NCBI GenBank assembly: GCA_026392355.1
Contig: JAPLCF010000030.1
Span: 522,259-586,258, forward strand
Origin: Actinomycetota bacterium
GTDB taxonomy: Bacteria > Actinomycetota > Thermoleophilia > Gaiellales > F1-60-MAGs149
DNA length: 64,000 nucleotides
Reading direction: 5' to 3'
Shown: positions 1 through 12,575 of the stretch, piece after piece
How positions within the stretch are numbered: the stretch's first letter is position 1
How the letters are laid out: every line of letters starts with the position of its first letter
Made by a program: the position numbers and the translations under genes
The notes under the pieces: generated by a model
What the model saw: only the letters and a program-made list of their open reading frames with translations
What the model was told of the DNA's origin: nothing
Database searches by the model: none

Positions 1-837
<837 letters not shown>

Positions 838-898
838 TTAGCGAACGTGGCAGCGGGACGGGGTCGGAACCGTCGATTTGATCGCACCGCGACGTTGC

Positions 899-1180
899 TC
901 AGGCAACAAGTGCGATCACCAGAAACGGCACGCTCAAGGCAAGCGTGCCGAGCCCGGTCAGCTGCGTGACACGCCCCTCGGTGCGACGCGCCAGGCCCAG
1001 CAGCACGGTGCCGAGCAGCACGATCAGCACGCCGACGAGGCCGCAGCCACCCGCAATCGCCCCCGCCGTGGGCCTGCCGGCGGCCGCGAAGGCGCTCGAC
1101 AGCACGGCGGCGATCAGCACGAGCCCCACCAGCAGCACGATCAGCCGCAGCGCCGCCGCCCGCCATCCGACCTGATTCAC
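899..1180 (-). CDS. small hydrophobic membrane protein (93 aa), function unknown
   Basis: Its GTG start overlaps the stop of the upstream ABC ATPase (GTGA). The sequence is strongly hydrophobic (LIVLLVGLVLIAAVL..., GLVGVLIVLLGTVLLGL...) with GC-rich third codon positions. The competing plus-strand ORFs are Arg/Pro-rich shadows. Confidence 0.5.
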   Translation of the reverse strand: MNQVGWRAAALRLIVLLVGLVLIAAVLSSAFAAAGRPTAGAIAGGCGLVGVLIVLLGTVLLGLARRTEGRVTQLTGLGTLALSVPFLVIALVA

Positions 1181-2156
1181 GGCTGCAGCGGGTAGGCGCA
1201 GGCCCAGCCGTGTCCGTCCGCCGCATGCTCAAGTTGCGGATCATGCTCGGCGCACGAGGGCTGCGCCACCGGACAGCGCGGATGAAACCGGCAGCCCGAC
1301 GGCGGGTTGAGCGGGCTCGGCACGTCGCCTTGGAGCACGACGCGCTGCTGCGAGCGCGCACGCACCGGATCGGCGACCGGGCGGGCCGACAGCAGCGCGT
1401 GCGAGTACGGGTGGCGCGGCGCGTTGTAGACCTCCTCGCCCGTGCCCTCCTCGACCACGCGCCCGAGGTACATCACCTTGACGCGGTCCGCGAGGCGGCG
1501 GACGACATCGAGGTCGTGCGCAATCACGATGTACGAGAGCCCAAGGTCGCGCTGCAGGTCTTCCAGCAGGTTGACGATCTGCGCCTGCACGGACACGTCG
1601 AGCGCGGAGACCGGTTCGTCGCACACGATCACGCGGGGCTGCATCACCACGGCGCGGGCAATGCCGATGCGCTGGCGCTGACCGCCCGAAAACTCGTGCG
1701 GAAAGCGGTTGTAATGCTCAGGGTTGAGGCCGACGCGCTCCATCGCCTCCTGCACCTTGCGCTTGCGCTCTGCCGGCGTGCCAATGCCGTGGATATCCAG
1801 CGGCTCCTGCACGGACTGGCCGATCCGCATGCGCGGATCGAGCGACGCGATCGGATCCTGGAAGATCATCGTGACCTGCCGGCGGAAGTCGGTCAGGCCA
1901 CGTCCCTTGCGGCGCGTGATGTCCTCACCCATGAACTCGATCGAGCCGGCATCGATGCCCTGCAGGCGCACGAGCCCGCGCGCCAGTGTCGTCTTGCCAC
2001 AGCCAGACTCGCCGACGATCGCGAGCGTCTCGCCTTCGTTGAGCTCGAGATCCACGCCGTCGACGGCCTGCACGCGCCCGACCTCGCGCTGAAACACGAT
2101 GCCGCGCGTAACGGGAAAACCGATGGTGATGCCCGTCGCGCGGAGAATTGGCTCGC

Positions 2157-2160
<4 letters not shown>
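1177..2160 (-). CDS. peptide/nickel ABC transporter ATP-binding protein (OppF/DppF type)
   Basis: From [15 protein letters not shown]: Walker [10 protein letters not shown], signature [14 protein letters not shown], Walker [13 protein letters not shown], and an oligopeptide-type C-terminal tail ([11 protein letters not shown]...GCRFHPRCP). The ATG overlaps the upstream stop (ATGA). The longer 381-aa ORF start is a shadow extension. Confidence 0.9.
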
Positions 2161-3167
<1,007 letters not shown>

Positions 3168-3170
3168 CGC

Positions 3171-4196
3171 CTACTCCAGCCGGATCCGCGGATCGAGGGT
3201 GGCGTTGACGAGATCGACGACGATGTTCGCGACGACGATCAGGATCGCGGAGAACAGGACGATCCCGGCCGTCGTCGGCACATCGAGGCGCTGCGCGGCC
3301 TGGACGGCGAGCCAGCCGAGCCCTTGGAGGCCGAACGTCACCTCGATCAGGATCGCGCCGCCGAGCAGCAGACCGAGGTCGAGGCCAAACATCGTGACGA
3401 TCGGCAGCATCGCATTGCGGAACGCATGCCGGATGATCACGCGCGTTTCGCCGGCGCCTTTGGCGCGCGCGGTGCGCACGTAGTCCTCGCTAAGGGTGTC
3501 GAGCATCTGCGAGCGCGTGATGCGCACATAGATCGCCGCGAACTGGAGCGCCAGAACGAACGCGGGCAACAGCAGGTGGTAGAGCCACTGGCCGGGGTTC
3601 GAGAGCGGCTCGTAGCCCGACAGCGGAAACCAACCGAGCCGATAGGCGAAGAAGTAGAGGGCCAGCAGGCCGAAGTAGTAGACGGGCAGCGACTGGCCGA
3701 TCAACACGAAGACGATCGAGGTGCGATCGAAGATCGACCGTGGCCGGATCGCGGAGATGATGCCGATCGGAATCGAGATCAGCAGCCACATCAGCGCGGC
3801 GAGGAAGGTGAGTGACAGCGTCACCGGGAAGTGATCCCAGATCAGCGAGTCGACCGAACGCTGCTTCGCGAAGGAGCTACCGAAGCGCCCCAGCAACTGG
3901 TCGCACTCCGCGGCTGTGGAACCCGGACAGACGCGGTCGCGCTCCTCCTGCGACGGCCCGAGCACGAGTCGCTTGAGGGTATAGCCGTACTGGACGTAGT
4001 AGGGCTTGTCGAGCCCGAGCAGTGCCGAGACGCGCTCGATCTGCTCGGGCGAGGGATTCTTGCCGGCGTACAGCCGGGCCGGCGAGATATTCGAGTGCCA
4101 GCGCAGCACCGGTCCGAACAGCACAAAGACCGCCAGGGTCACGACGAGCACCACGAAGATGCCGCCGAGAATGCGTCGGATCAGAAAACGGATCAT
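3171..4196 (-). CDS. ABC transporter permease (DppB/OppB-like)
   Basis: 341 aa, multi-TM, with a BPD-transporter motif region (DYVRTARAKGAGETRVIIRHAFRNAMLPIVT). Confidence 0.9.
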   Translation of the reverse strand: MIRFLIRRILGGIFVVLVVTLAVFVLFGPVLRWHSNISPARLYAGKNPSPEQIERVSALLGLDKPYYVQYGYTLKRLVLGPSQEERDRVCPGSTAAECDQLLGRFGSSFAKQRSVDSLIWDHFPVTLSLTFLAALMWLLISIPIGIISAIRPRSIFDRTSIVFVLIGQSLPVYYFGLLALYFFAYRLGWFPLSGYEPLSNPGQWLYHLLLPAFVLALQFAAIYVRITRSQMLDTLSEDYVRTARAKGAGETRVIIRHAFRNAMLPIVTMFGLDLGLLLGGAILIEVTFGLQGLGWLAVQAAQRLDVPTTAGIVLFSAILIVVANIVVDLVNATLDPRIRLE

Positions 4197-4263
4197 GCCG
4201 AGAGGCGCGGGTGCCCCACTCGCCGCGCCGAAGCGCGACGAGTGGGGTTGATCACCGTGCGGT

Positions 4264-6027
4264 CTACTTGCCGTCCTTCAAGAAGTACGAGCCGAAGTAG
4301 AACTGCTTGCCGGGGCCCCAGACGTAGTTGCCCAGGCGCTCCGAGACGAACGAGATCTTGCGACGCAGGTCCAGCGTGGCCCACGGTGCAAGATTCGTTG
4401 CCGTGTCGGTCGAGAGCTGCGCGAACTGCGCGGTGCGATCGGCACCGGGCGGCAGCTGATTGATCTCGTTGACCTTGGCGTCGAAGGCCTTGTCGCAGAA
4501 CTGTCCGTAGTTCGAGCCCTGGCCGCAGAGCAGCAGCGGGCCGTAGTACGTGATCGCGTCACCGTAATCCTGACCCCATGCAGCAACGCCAATGTCGTAG
4601 TCGCTCTTGGGGTCGGCGAGGAAGCCGTAGTACACGTCGGCCGACAGCGCCTTGACGGTGACCTTGAAGCCAACCGCCTCGAGCTGCTCCTTCATCGCTG
4701 CCGAAACCTGCGGCGACGGAGCGTCGGAGAAGTTCGCCAGCGTGATGTCGATCGGGGTCTTCACACCCGACTCGGCAACCAGCGCCTTGGCCTTCTCGAC
4801 GTCCATCGTGTAGATGTCGGTCGGCTGATCCGCCAGGAGGTTCTCCGAGAGGATCTGACTCCACGGCGAGCGGCTCAGCTTGCCGCCGATGACCTTGACG
4901 ATGGCGTCACGGTCGAGGGCATAGTTGACCGCCTGGCGGAGCTTAAGGTTGTCGAACGGCGCCTTGTCCGTCTTGAAGACGGCGTAGTCCACGGCGGCGT
5001 CCGGCGTCGAGAAGAACCGATCCTTGTACTGCGGATCGTTCGCCGTAGCGGGGATCTGCGAGCCGATCGGTGCCGAGCCGTCGAACGTCATGTCGATCTC
5101 GTTCGACTTCAGCTGTGCGTACTGGGTCTCGTCCGGCACACCGATCTGCAGATCGATGCCGTCGATGTTGTTGTCGGTCTCCGCCTGCGGGACGCCGGCA
5201 GCGACGTTCTTGTCCCAGCTGGGCTCGCGCTCGATCGTGACCGACTTGTCGAGCTGGTAGTCACTGATCTTGTACGGGCCGACGAACGGCGGCGGGGTGT
5301 CGCTCTTCTTGTGCGGCGTGGAGGCCGGCACGATGAAGGCCCAGCCCATTGCCAGGGCGCGCGGGAACGAACCGTCGGCGTCGGTCAGCGTGAACGACGT
5401 CGTCAGATCGTCAACAGCCTTGATGCCGCTGATGCCGATGTTGTTCTTGCCCTTGGACTTCGTCATCGCGTCGGAGTACTCCGACATGCCGACGATGTCC
5501 GCGTAGTAGCCCGAGGCCGGCGGTCCGCCGGTCGCGCACTGGATGTTCGGGTCGAGGATGTACTCGTACGTGGCCTTCACGTCCTTCGCCGTGACGGGCG
5601 AGCCATCCGGGAAGGTCAGACCCTCGCGTAGCTTGACCGTGTAGGTCTTGCCGTCTGCGGAGACGCTCGGCATGTCGGCGGCGAGCTCCGGCTGCATCTC
5701 GTCCGTCGCGGGCGAGGCAACCGTGTTCGGGTAGCCGTAGAGGCCGCGGGCCATGAAGTAGAAGACCGACCACGAGATGCCGTAGTAGGACAGGCCGTTC
5801 CAGCAGTCGATGTTGCTGTTCATTGCCATCTTCAGCGTGCCGCCCTTGGTGGGCGTTTCTGTGGCCGGGAAGCCGCCGTTCAGATAGTCGCCGCCGGCCG
5901 CAGCAGTGTCACTGCCTCCGCCGCCGGAACTCGTCGAGCTCGAGCTACCGCTCGAGCCACAGGCCGCGGCAACGATGGCAATTGCCACCAGCGCTGCTGC
6001 CATCAGCAGATAACGGAGCTTCTTCAC
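4264..6027 (-). CDS. ABC transporter substrate-binding lipoprotein, family 5 (peptide/nickel type)
   Basis: Lipoprotein signal MKKLRYLLMAAALVAIAIVAAAC followed by a Ser/Gly linker. Its 587-aa size and sequence resemble DppA/OppA-type binding proteins. Confidence 0.88.
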   Translation of the reverse strand: MKKLRYLLMAAALVAIAIVAAACGSSGSSSSTSSGGGGSDTAAAGGDYLNGGFPATETPTKGGTLKMAMNSNIDCWNGLSYYGISWSVFYFMARGLYGYPNTVASPATDEMQPELAADMPSVSADGKTYTVKLREGLTFPDGSPVTAKDVKATYEYILDPNIQCATGGPPASGYYADIVGMSEYSDAMTKSKGKNNIGISGIKAVDDLTTSFTLTDADGSFPRALAMGWAFIVPASTPHKKSDTPPPFVGPYKISDYQLDKSVTIEREPSWDKNVAAGVPQAETDNNIDGIDLQIGVPDETQYAQLKSNEIDMTFDGSAPIGSQIPATANDPQYKDRFFSTPDAAVDYAVFKTDKAPFDNLKLRQAVNYALDRDAIVKVIGGKLSRSPWSQILSENLLADQPTDIYTMDVEKAKALVAESGVKTPIDITLANFSDAPSPQVSAAMKEQLEAVGFKVTVKALSADVYYGFLADPKSDYDIGVAAWGQDYGDAITYYGPLLLCGQGSNYGQFCDKAFDAKVNEINQLPPGADRTAQFAQLSTDTATNLAPWATLDLRRKISFVSERLGNYVWGPGKQFYFGSYFLKDGK

Positions 6028-6095
6028 GAGGTCTCCTCCTTGGTTGTGATCATTGGATCGGTGTCCTTTCGAGGGATGGGACAGAGTCAGGGCGA

Positions 6096-7070
6096 CTAGA
6101 GGATCGTTCCGCCACGGGGGTCGAGGGCGTCGCGGAGGCCATCACCGAGCAGGTTGAAGGCCAGCACCGTGACGACGAGCAGCGTGCCGGGGAACACCAT
6201 CAGGAAGGGTGCGTTGATGTAGAGACCGCCGGGCACGGCGTCCGAGATCATGCGCCCCCACGAGGGGATCTCCAGCGGTAGGCCGAAGCCAAGGTACGAC
6301 AACGCGGCCTCGGCGGCGATCGCGCCGGCCACGGACAGGCTGGCGTAGACCGTCAGCGGTCCGATTAGCTGCGGCATCAAATGCCGAAAGACGATCCGCG
6401 AGTTCGAGGCACCAAGCATCCGTGCGGCGGTGACGAACTCGCGGTTGCGGAGCGACAACACCTCGCCGCGGAAGATGCGCCCCGGATAGAACCAGGAGAA
6501 GAAAGCGATGATCAGGATTACGAACCAGAGTGAGGCGCCGAACGCAACCGACGCGGCGATCGCGAAGAGCAGAAACGGGAAGGCGGCGACGATGTCCATC
6601 AGACGCGCGATCACCGTGTCGGTCCAGCCGCCGACGTAGCCCGCGATGACGCCGAGCAGGAGCGCCACGACCATCGTCAGGATCGTCGCCACGATGCCAA
6701 TGATCAGCGAGGTGCGCGCACCGAAGGAGAGCTGCACGAGCATGTCGTAGCCGAGGTTGTTCGACGCCCCGAGCACAAAGCACGCGCGCTCCCCCACGCT
6801 GGCCAGGCCATTGACACAGCCATGCAGCGGCCCGACCGGCAACAGCGTGTAGTCATCAACACCGGTCGAGTTCGACTTGTTGACGGGATGCCCCGTCCAC
6901 GACTCAAACAGCGGTCCCGCCAGCGCAAACAGCACGAGCAGCACAATGAAGGCGAGACTGGCGAGGGCGACGTAGTCGCGACGCAGCCGAGCGAAGGCCA
7001 GCTGGCGTGGCGTGCGTGCCACAACCATCGCCTCGGTCTTCATGTCCTCGAACTGCTCGACGGTCGACAC
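6096..7070 (-). CDS. ABC transporter permease (DppC/OppC-like)
   Basis: Multi-TM protein with the motif REFVTAARMLGASNSRIVFRHLMPQLIGPL. The start is placed at the GTG (VSTVEQFED) behind GGGAGG. The maximal ORF would extend to 7103. Confidence 0.85.
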   Translation of the reverse strand: MSTVEQFEDMKTEAMVVARTPRQLAFARLRRDYVALASLAFIVLLVLFALAGPLFESWTGHPVNKSNSTGVDDYTLLPVGPLHGCVNGLASVGERACFVLGASNNLGYDMLVQLSFGARTSLIIGIVATILTMVVALLLGVIAGYVGGWTDTVIARLMDIVAAFPFLLFAIAASVAFGASLWFVILIIAFFSWFYPGRIFRGEVLSLRNREFVTAARMLGASNSRIVFRHLMPQLIGPLTVYASLSVAGAIAAEAALSYLGFGLPLEIPSWGRMISDAVPGGLYINAPFLMVFPGTLLVVTVLAFNLLGDGLRDALDPRGGTIL

Positions 7071-7178
7071 AGGGTCCACCTCCCTCAGCGCGATAGGGTA
7101 CACCGAAACCGCACCACGCGTTCGGGCAATCCGCTTAACCGTGCGGCAAAACTCGCACGTTTGAGAGGTTACCCCGCG

Positions 7179-8060
7179 CTACGAGATAGCGTCAGCGCCG
7201 GCGACGACCTCGAGCAGCTGCTGCGTGATCTCGGCCTGGCGGGCACGGTTCATGTCGAGCGTGAGACGGTCGATCAGATCCTTAGCGTTGTCCGACGCAC
7301 TGCGCATGGCGGTCATGCGGGCACCGTGCTCGGAGGCAGTCGATTCGAGCAGCGCGCGAAAGATCTCGGTCTCGAGTGCCGTGGTGAGCAGCGGCCCCAG
7401 CATCGTCTCGGCCTCGGGCTCGAAGAGCAGCTCGCCGGAAACGGCGGCCTTGCCCTCCGTCGCGGCCGCGGCCGCGGGCAGCGGAATCGGCAGCACCTCA
7501 TCGGCATGCACCGTCTGCACGAGCGGCGAGTCGAAGTGGTTGAACACCATGATCAGGCGATCGAACTCGCCTTCGCCGTACTGCTCGATCAGCGTGTTGG
7601 CAATCTGCTCGGCGTCCTGGTAGATCGGACGATCGGTGAAGCCCGACCACACCTCGCGCAGCTCGGCGCCGCGGAAGCGCAGCGATCCAGCGCCCTTGCG
7701 ACCTGCGGCGTACCAGACGATCTCACGACCGGCAGCGCGCTCAGCAGCGGCCTCATCGATTGCGCGGCGCAGGACGCTCGCGTTGAAGGCACCCGCCAGA
7801 CCACGATCGCCCGACATCAGCAGGATCGCGGTCTTGGTGATCTTGCGACGCTCAAGGAGCGGCTGACCACCAAGCGAGCCGGTCCGGCTCGCGGTCTCGG
7901 AGATCAGCTCGTGCATGCCATCGGCGAACGGGCGGAGCGACTCGATGCGAACCTGCGCGCGGCGCAACTTCGCACCGGCGACGAGCTCCATCGCCTTGGT
8001 GATCTTGCTCGTGTTCTTGACGGAATGGATCCGCCGACGGATGTCCTGAAGGGACGCCAC
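7179..8060 (-). CDS. atpG: F1 ATP synthase subunit gamma
   Basis: MASLQDIRRRIHSVKNTSKITKAMELVAGAKLRRAQ... and C-terminal ...LDMNRARQAEITQQLLEVVAGADA are typical of gamma. Confidence 0.95.
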   Translation of the reverse strand: MASLQDIRRRIHSVKNTSKITKAMELVAGAKLRRAQVRIESLRPFADGMHELISETASRTGSLGGQPLLERRKITKTAILLMSGDRGLAGAFNASVLRRAIDEAAAERAAGREIVWYAAGRKGAGSLRFRGAELREVWSGFTDRPIYQDAEQIANTLIEQYGEGEFDRLIMVFNHFDSPLVQTVHADEVLPIPLPAAAAATEGKAAVSGELLFEPEAETMLGPLLTTALETEIFRALLESTASEHGARMTAMRSASDNAKDLIDRLTLDMNRARQAEITQQLLEVVAGADAIS

Positions 8061-8063
8061 GGT

Positions 8064-9596
8064 CTACGCGGTTGCCCCTGCGGTGGTCGCCGAACCCTGG
8101 AAACCAGCGGCGAACTGCTCGACCGCGGCCTTCAGCTTGGCCACCGTGTCATCGGACAGATCGAGCGACTCGCGGATGCCCGCGAGCACCGTCTTCTCGG
8201 CACGCAGCGACTGACGGAGGCCGTCGTTGAAACGCGACACGTCGTCGACGGCGATGCCGTCGACGTGACCGTTCGTCGTTGCCCAGATGACTGCGACCTG
8301 CTCCTCGATCGGCCACGGGTCGTACTGGTTCTGGTTGAGCGTCTTGACGAGACGCTGGCCGCGGTTGATCTGCGCCAGCGTGGCGGCGTCAAGCTCGGAG
8401 GCAAACTGCGCGAACGCCTCAAGGGCGCGGAACTGCGCGAGCTCCAGCTTCAGGCGGCCGGCGACCTTCTTCATCGCCTTCGTCTGGGCGTTCGAGCCGA
8501 CGCGCGACACGGACAGGCCGACGTTGATGGCCGGGCGAACGCCCTGGAAGAACAGGCTCGTCTCCAGGAAGATCTGACCGTCGGTGATCGAAATGACGTT
8601 GGTCGGGATGTACGCCGACACGTCACCGGCCTGCGTCTCGATGACGGGCAGTGCCGTCAGGGAGCCGCCGCCGAGCTCGTCGCTCAGCTTGACCGCGCGC
8701 TCGAGCAGACGCGAATGCAGGTAGAAGACGTCGCCCGGGAAGGCCTCGCGACCAGGAGGACGACGCACGAGCAGCGACATCTGACGGTAGGCGTCGGCCT
8801 GCTTGGTCAGGTCGTCGTAGACCACGAGCGCGTGGCCGCCCTTGTAGAGGAAGTACTCGCCCATCGCGCAACCGGCGTACGGGGCGATGTACTTGATCGG
8901 TGCGGCCTCGGAGGCGTTGGCGGCCACGACGATCGTGTACTCCATGGCGCCGTGCTCGCGAAGCTTCTCGACGACCTGCGCGACCGTCGAGGCCTTCTGG
9001 CCGACGGCGACGTAGACGCAGATGACGCCCGAGTCCTTCTGGTTAATGATCGTGTCGATCGCGACCGCGGTCTTACCGGTCTGGCGGTCGCCGATGATCA
9101 ACTCGCGCTGGCCACGGCCAATCGGCACCAGGGCGTCGAGCGCCTTCAGGCCGGTCTGGAGCGGCTGGGTGACCGGCTGGCGGTCGACGACACCAGGCGC
9201 CTTGAACTCGAGCGAGCGCTCTTCGGTGGTCACGATCGCCGGGCCGCCGTCAATCGCCTGGCCGAGCGGGTTGACGACGCGGCCGATCAGCGACTCGCCG
9301 ACGGGGACGCTCATGACCTTGCCGGTGCGGCGGACGGTGTCGCCCTCGCGAATCTTCTGCCACTCACCGAAGAGCACGACGGCGACGTTGGACTCCTCCA
9401 GGTTGAGGGCGAGGCCGGTCACGCCATGGGGCAACTCGAGCATCTCGAGCGCGATGCAGCGCTCAAGGCCGTAGACGCGGGCGATGCCGTCGCCGACCTG
9501 GATGACGGTGCCGATCTCCTCGACGTCGGCGGTGTCCTCGAACCCGCTGATCTGGTTCTTGAGGATGGATGCGATCTCGTCGGGATTCAGCTTCAC
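8064..9596 (-). CDS. atpA: F1 ATP synthase subunit alpha
   Basis: [16 protein letters not shown]..., Walker [20 protein letters not shown]; 510 aa. Confidence 0.97.
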   Translation of the reverse strand: MKLNPDEIASILKNQISGFEDTADVEEIGTVIQVGDGIARVYGLERCIALEMLELPHGVTGLALNLEESNVAVVLFGEWQKIREGDTVRRTGKVMSVPVGESLIGRVVNPLGQAIDGGPAIVTTEERSLEFKAPGVVDRQPVTQPLQTGLKALDALVPIGRGQRELIIGDRQTGKTAVAIDTIINQKDSGVICVYVAVGQKASTVAQVVEKLREHGAMEYTIVVAANASEAAPIKYIAPYAGCAMGEYFLYKGGHALVVYDDLTKQADAYRQMSLLVRRPPGREAFPGDVFYLHSRLLERAVKLSDELGGGSLTALPVIETQAGDVSAYIPTNVISITDGQIFLETSLFFQGVRPAINVGLSVSRVGSNAQTKAMKKVAGRLKLELAQFRALEAFAQFASELDAATLAQINRGQRLVKTLNQNQYDPWPIEEQVAVIWATTNGHVDGIAVDDVSRFNDGLRQSLRAEKTVLAGIRESLDLSDDTVAKLKAAVEQFAAGFQGSATTAGATA

Positions 9597-9612
9597 GGTT
9601 CTCTCCGTCTAT

Positions 9613-10155
9613 CTAGGCGGTCGGGATGCGGGCGGCGCGCAGATCGCGGCCGAGCAGGTCGAGGCGACGACGCAGGGATGCGTCGACGAGGCGGTCACGG
9701 ACGCGAAGGACCACGCCGCCGAGGATGGTCGGATCGACGGTGCGATCCATGGTTACAGTCAGGCCAGTTGCCGAGGCGAGCTGCTGCTGCACCTTGTCGG
9801 CGGTGGCATCGTCGATGGCGACAGCAGTCGTCAATTCAACGGCGAGCTCGTTGCGATCGAGGCGTACGCGATCGGCGAACGCCTCCTGGATAGCGGCCAG
9901 ATCGCCAAGGCGACGATGGTCGAGCAGCACCTGCAGGAAGCGCGCGACGAGCGGGTCGTCGCCCTTCGCGAGAGCGGCGAGCAGATTGCTCTTGCCCTCG
10001 CCGCGGACGGCCGGGTTCGTGAGTGCACGAGCCAGCGCCGGGTTCTCGCGGACAGCGTCCGTGATCTCGGCCAGCTCGCCGTCCACCTCGTTGAGGCGGC
10101 CGGCTTCGGCAGCGGCGTTGTACAGCGCCGTGGCGTACGGGGTAGCAGCGCTCAC
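9613..10155 (-). CDS. atpH: F1 ATP synthase subunit delta (OSCP)
   Basis: 180 aa, located between atpF and atpA, with an OSCP-like C-terminus (DPTILGGVVLRVRDRLVDASLRRRL). Confidence 0.85.
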   Translation of the reverse strand: MSAATPYATALYNAAAEAGRLNEVDGELAEITDAVRENPALARALTNPAVRGEGKSNLLAALAKGDDPLVARFLQVLLDHRRLGDLAAIQEAFADRVRLDRNELAVELTTAVAIDDATADKVQQQLASATGLTVTMDRTVDPTILGGVVLRVRDRLVDASLRRRLDLLGRDLRAARIPTA

Positions 10156-10157
10156 GC

Positions 10158-10697
10158 TTACTTCGCGTCTCCGTGCAGCGCGGAGAAGTCGACGCCCGCG
10201 AGCGCCTCTTCCACGAGCCGCTTCTGCTCGGCTTCGTTGAGCGCGTGCCCGAGCACCTTCTCGGTGGCGAGCAGCGTCAGGTCGGCGATCTCCGTCTTGA
10301 TGCGATCCAGCGACTGCTGGGTCTCGGCGGCGATCGCCTGCTGGGCGGCGGCAATACCCTTCTCCCGCTCAGCGGCGAGCTCATCGCTGAGCTGGCGCTG
10401 CTGCTCGGCAGCGGTCGTGCGCGCGCGCTCAAGGATGTCGGACGCCTCGTGGCGGCTCTTAGCGAGCTGCTCCTTGTACTCCCCGAGCAGGCGCTCGGCC
10501 TCCTCGCGGGCATGCTCCGCCGCTTCGAGGTTCTTGCGGACGGCGTCCCGCCGCTCGTCGAGCAGCGCGGCGATCTTCCCGAACGCGAACTTCTTCAGCA
10601 CGAAGAGCACGATCAGGAAGGTGACGAGCGTCCAGATGCTCAGCCCGAGCTCGGGCGTGATCAGACTGGCGTCGCTGGCGACTACGGCGGGCAGCAT
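10158..10697 (-). CDS. atpF: F0 ATP synthase subunit b
   Basis: A single N-terminal TM segment (LSIWTLVTFLIVLFVLKKFAF) followed by a long charged helix; position between atpE and atpH. Confidence 0.85.
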   Translation of the reverse strand: MLPAVVASDASLITPELGLSIWTLVTFLIVLFVLKKFAFGKIAALLDERRDAVRKNLEAAEHAREEAERLLGEYKEQLAKSRHEASDILERARTTAAEQQRQLSDELAAEREKGIAAAQQAIAAETQQSLDRIKTEIADLTLLATEKVLGHALNEAEQKRLVEEALAGVDFSALHGDAK

Positions 10698-10703
10698 CGT
10701 TCG

Positions 10704-10988
<285 letters not shown>

Positions 10989-11864
10989 TTAGTGGTGGGG
11001 CTCGATCGCCGAGCCGATGTAGATGCCCGAGAGCATCGCAAAGATGTAGGCCTGGAGCGACGCCACGAGGCCCCACTCGAAGATGTAGAAGGCAACGGCG
11101 ACCGGGATCGTGACCGGTGCGATGAACACGTTACCGAGCAGGATCACGAAGCCGACGCACATGATGATCAGCAGGTGACCACCGAGCATGTTGGCGAAGA
11201 GACGCACGCTCAGCGACACGATGCGGAGAATCTGCGAGAGCACCTCGAGAATGATCATCGCCGGCAGCAGGGCCTTGGGGGATGGCGGGACCCAGCTCTT
11301 GAAGTACGGGATGACGCCGTTTGCGCGAATGCCCTCGACGTGCGAGATCATCACCGTCACCAGGGTCAGCGTGAGCGTGACCGTCAGGTTCGACGTGACC
11401 GCGTAGATCGTGAGGCCCGGAATCGGCCCGATGAACGGATTGTGCGTGTCGAGCGGCAGCGGGATGAAGCTGATCATGTTGAGCACCCAGATGAACACGA
11501 ACAGCGAGGCGACGTACGGGAACCAGCGGACGTACGCGACCTTCGGCAGCGTCGCCTGACCGATGTTGGTCTCGGAGAAGGTGTAGAGCACCTCGACGAC
11601 GCTCTGGGTGCGCTTGGGATCCGTGCGGAGGCCGCCGCGGACGATCCAGAGCGTTAGGCCGACGGCGATCAGCACGGCTAGCCAGAGGTAGACAACGGCC
11701 TTCGAGATGCCGATCTCGATCGGGCCGAGCATGAACGACGCCCAATACGTGTTGATGAACTCCTCAACCGGCTTGAACTCGCTCCCCTCGCCAAAGGCGG
11801 CCAGCGGGAACACCAGCAGACCGACGAGGGTCAGAAGCGTCAGGCTGAGTCGTCGGCGGATCAA
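10989..11864 (-). CDS. atpB: F0 ATP synthase subunit a
   Basis: 291-aa polytopic protein with the conserved Arg helix LSVRLFANMLGGHLL. Confidence 0.93.
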   Translation of the reverse strand: MIRRRLSLTLLTLVGLLVFPLAAFGEGSEFKPVEEFINTYWASFMLGPIEIGISKAVVYLWLAVLIAVGLTLWIVRGGLRTDPKRTQSVVEVLYTFSETNIGQATLPKVAYVRWFPYVASLFVFIWVLNMISFIPLPLDTHNPFIGPIPGLTIYAVTSNLTVTLTLTLVTVMISHVEGIRANGVIPYFKSWVPPSPKALLPAMIILEVLSQILRIVSLSVRLFANMLGGHLLIIMCVGFVILLGNVFIAPVTIPVAVAFYIFEWGLVASLQAYIFAMLSGIYIGSAIEPHH

Positions 11865-12277
11865 ACTGTTCCTCCAGAGGCCGGCAGGGTTACCGGATTC
11901 TCGTCGCGGGAGAGGACGTGGCTGAAGGAACGTCCTGCCATGTCGAACGTAAAGTAAACCAAGAAGGCCCCGGCGGCGGCGATCGCCAGCTCGCGCTCGC
12001 CCGACCAGGCGATCACAAACAGCGTGGCGAAGATCAACCAGGCGCGGACGATCAGGCTAATGCCGATCATGCCGACGATCGTGACCTGCGAGCGGCCCTT
12101 GCCGATGCGCTCGAACGCCAGCGCCACAACGATGTTGAGTGCGAGGAGTCCGGCGCTCAACGCCCAGGCGTCGTAGCCCCAGCCAGCGATCAGAAAGATC
12201 GGCAGCGCAATCACGCACGGGATGACCGCGAGGAAGCGCAGGGCGACAGCGAGTGCGTGGCGGGAGGTCGTGGTCAT
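11861..12277 (-). CDS. ATP synthase protein I-like membrane protein
   Basis: 138-aa, 4-TM-like protein directly upstream of atpB, overlapping it by 4 nt. The call is by position and by similarity in type to AtpI. Confidence 0.6.
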   Translation of the reverse strand: MTTTSRHALAVALRFLAVIPCVIALPIFLIAGWGYDAWALSAGLLALNIVVALAFERIGKGRSQVTIVGMIGISLIVRAWLIFATLFVIAWSGERELAIAAAGAFLVYFTFDMAGRSFSHVLSRDENPVTLPASGGTV

Positions 12278-12432
12278 CAGCGTGGTTTGAAGTACTTGAT
12301 GTAGAGCAGATAGAACCCGAGCACGAGTCCGATGCTCGAGCCGATCATGATCGCCGGCGCAAGCCGATCGATCAGGAGTCCGACGACGACGCCGAGCCCC
12401 GCACCGAGCAAGATTCCGGCGATCACCACCAT
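12277..12432 (-). CDS. AtpZ/AtpI-family small membrane protein (about 51 aa)
   Basis: Only the last part of the 371-aa ORF 12277-13392 looks real: MVVIAGILLGAGLGVVVGLLIDRLAPAIMIGSSIGLVLGFYLLYIKYFKPR (two TM segments). The start is uncertain. Confidence 0.5.
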   Translation of the reverse strand: MVVIAGILLGAGLGVVVGLLIDRLAPAIMIGSSIGLVLGFYLLYIKYFKPR

Positions 12433-12575
12433 GCCGGCTCCGAGTCCCGAGGCGTCTGCCCCTCCGTTGGTTCCCGATCCGGTGATGCTGAACTCCGGTT
12501 TCCTGTTCGCAGCCGGTTGCCCGACCGAACGGAAACCTAGCAGGGGGTGCGCGGGACTGGCATGACGTCGGCTCG

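Noticed and set aside
6822-9893. 1023-aa plus-strand ORF, the longest in the window
   Set aside because: It is antisense to the well-supported atpG, atpA and atpH genes. Its translation is Arg/Gly/Asp/Leu/Ala low-complexity sequence with no recognisable motif. This is the typical stop-poor shadow frame of high-GC DNA.
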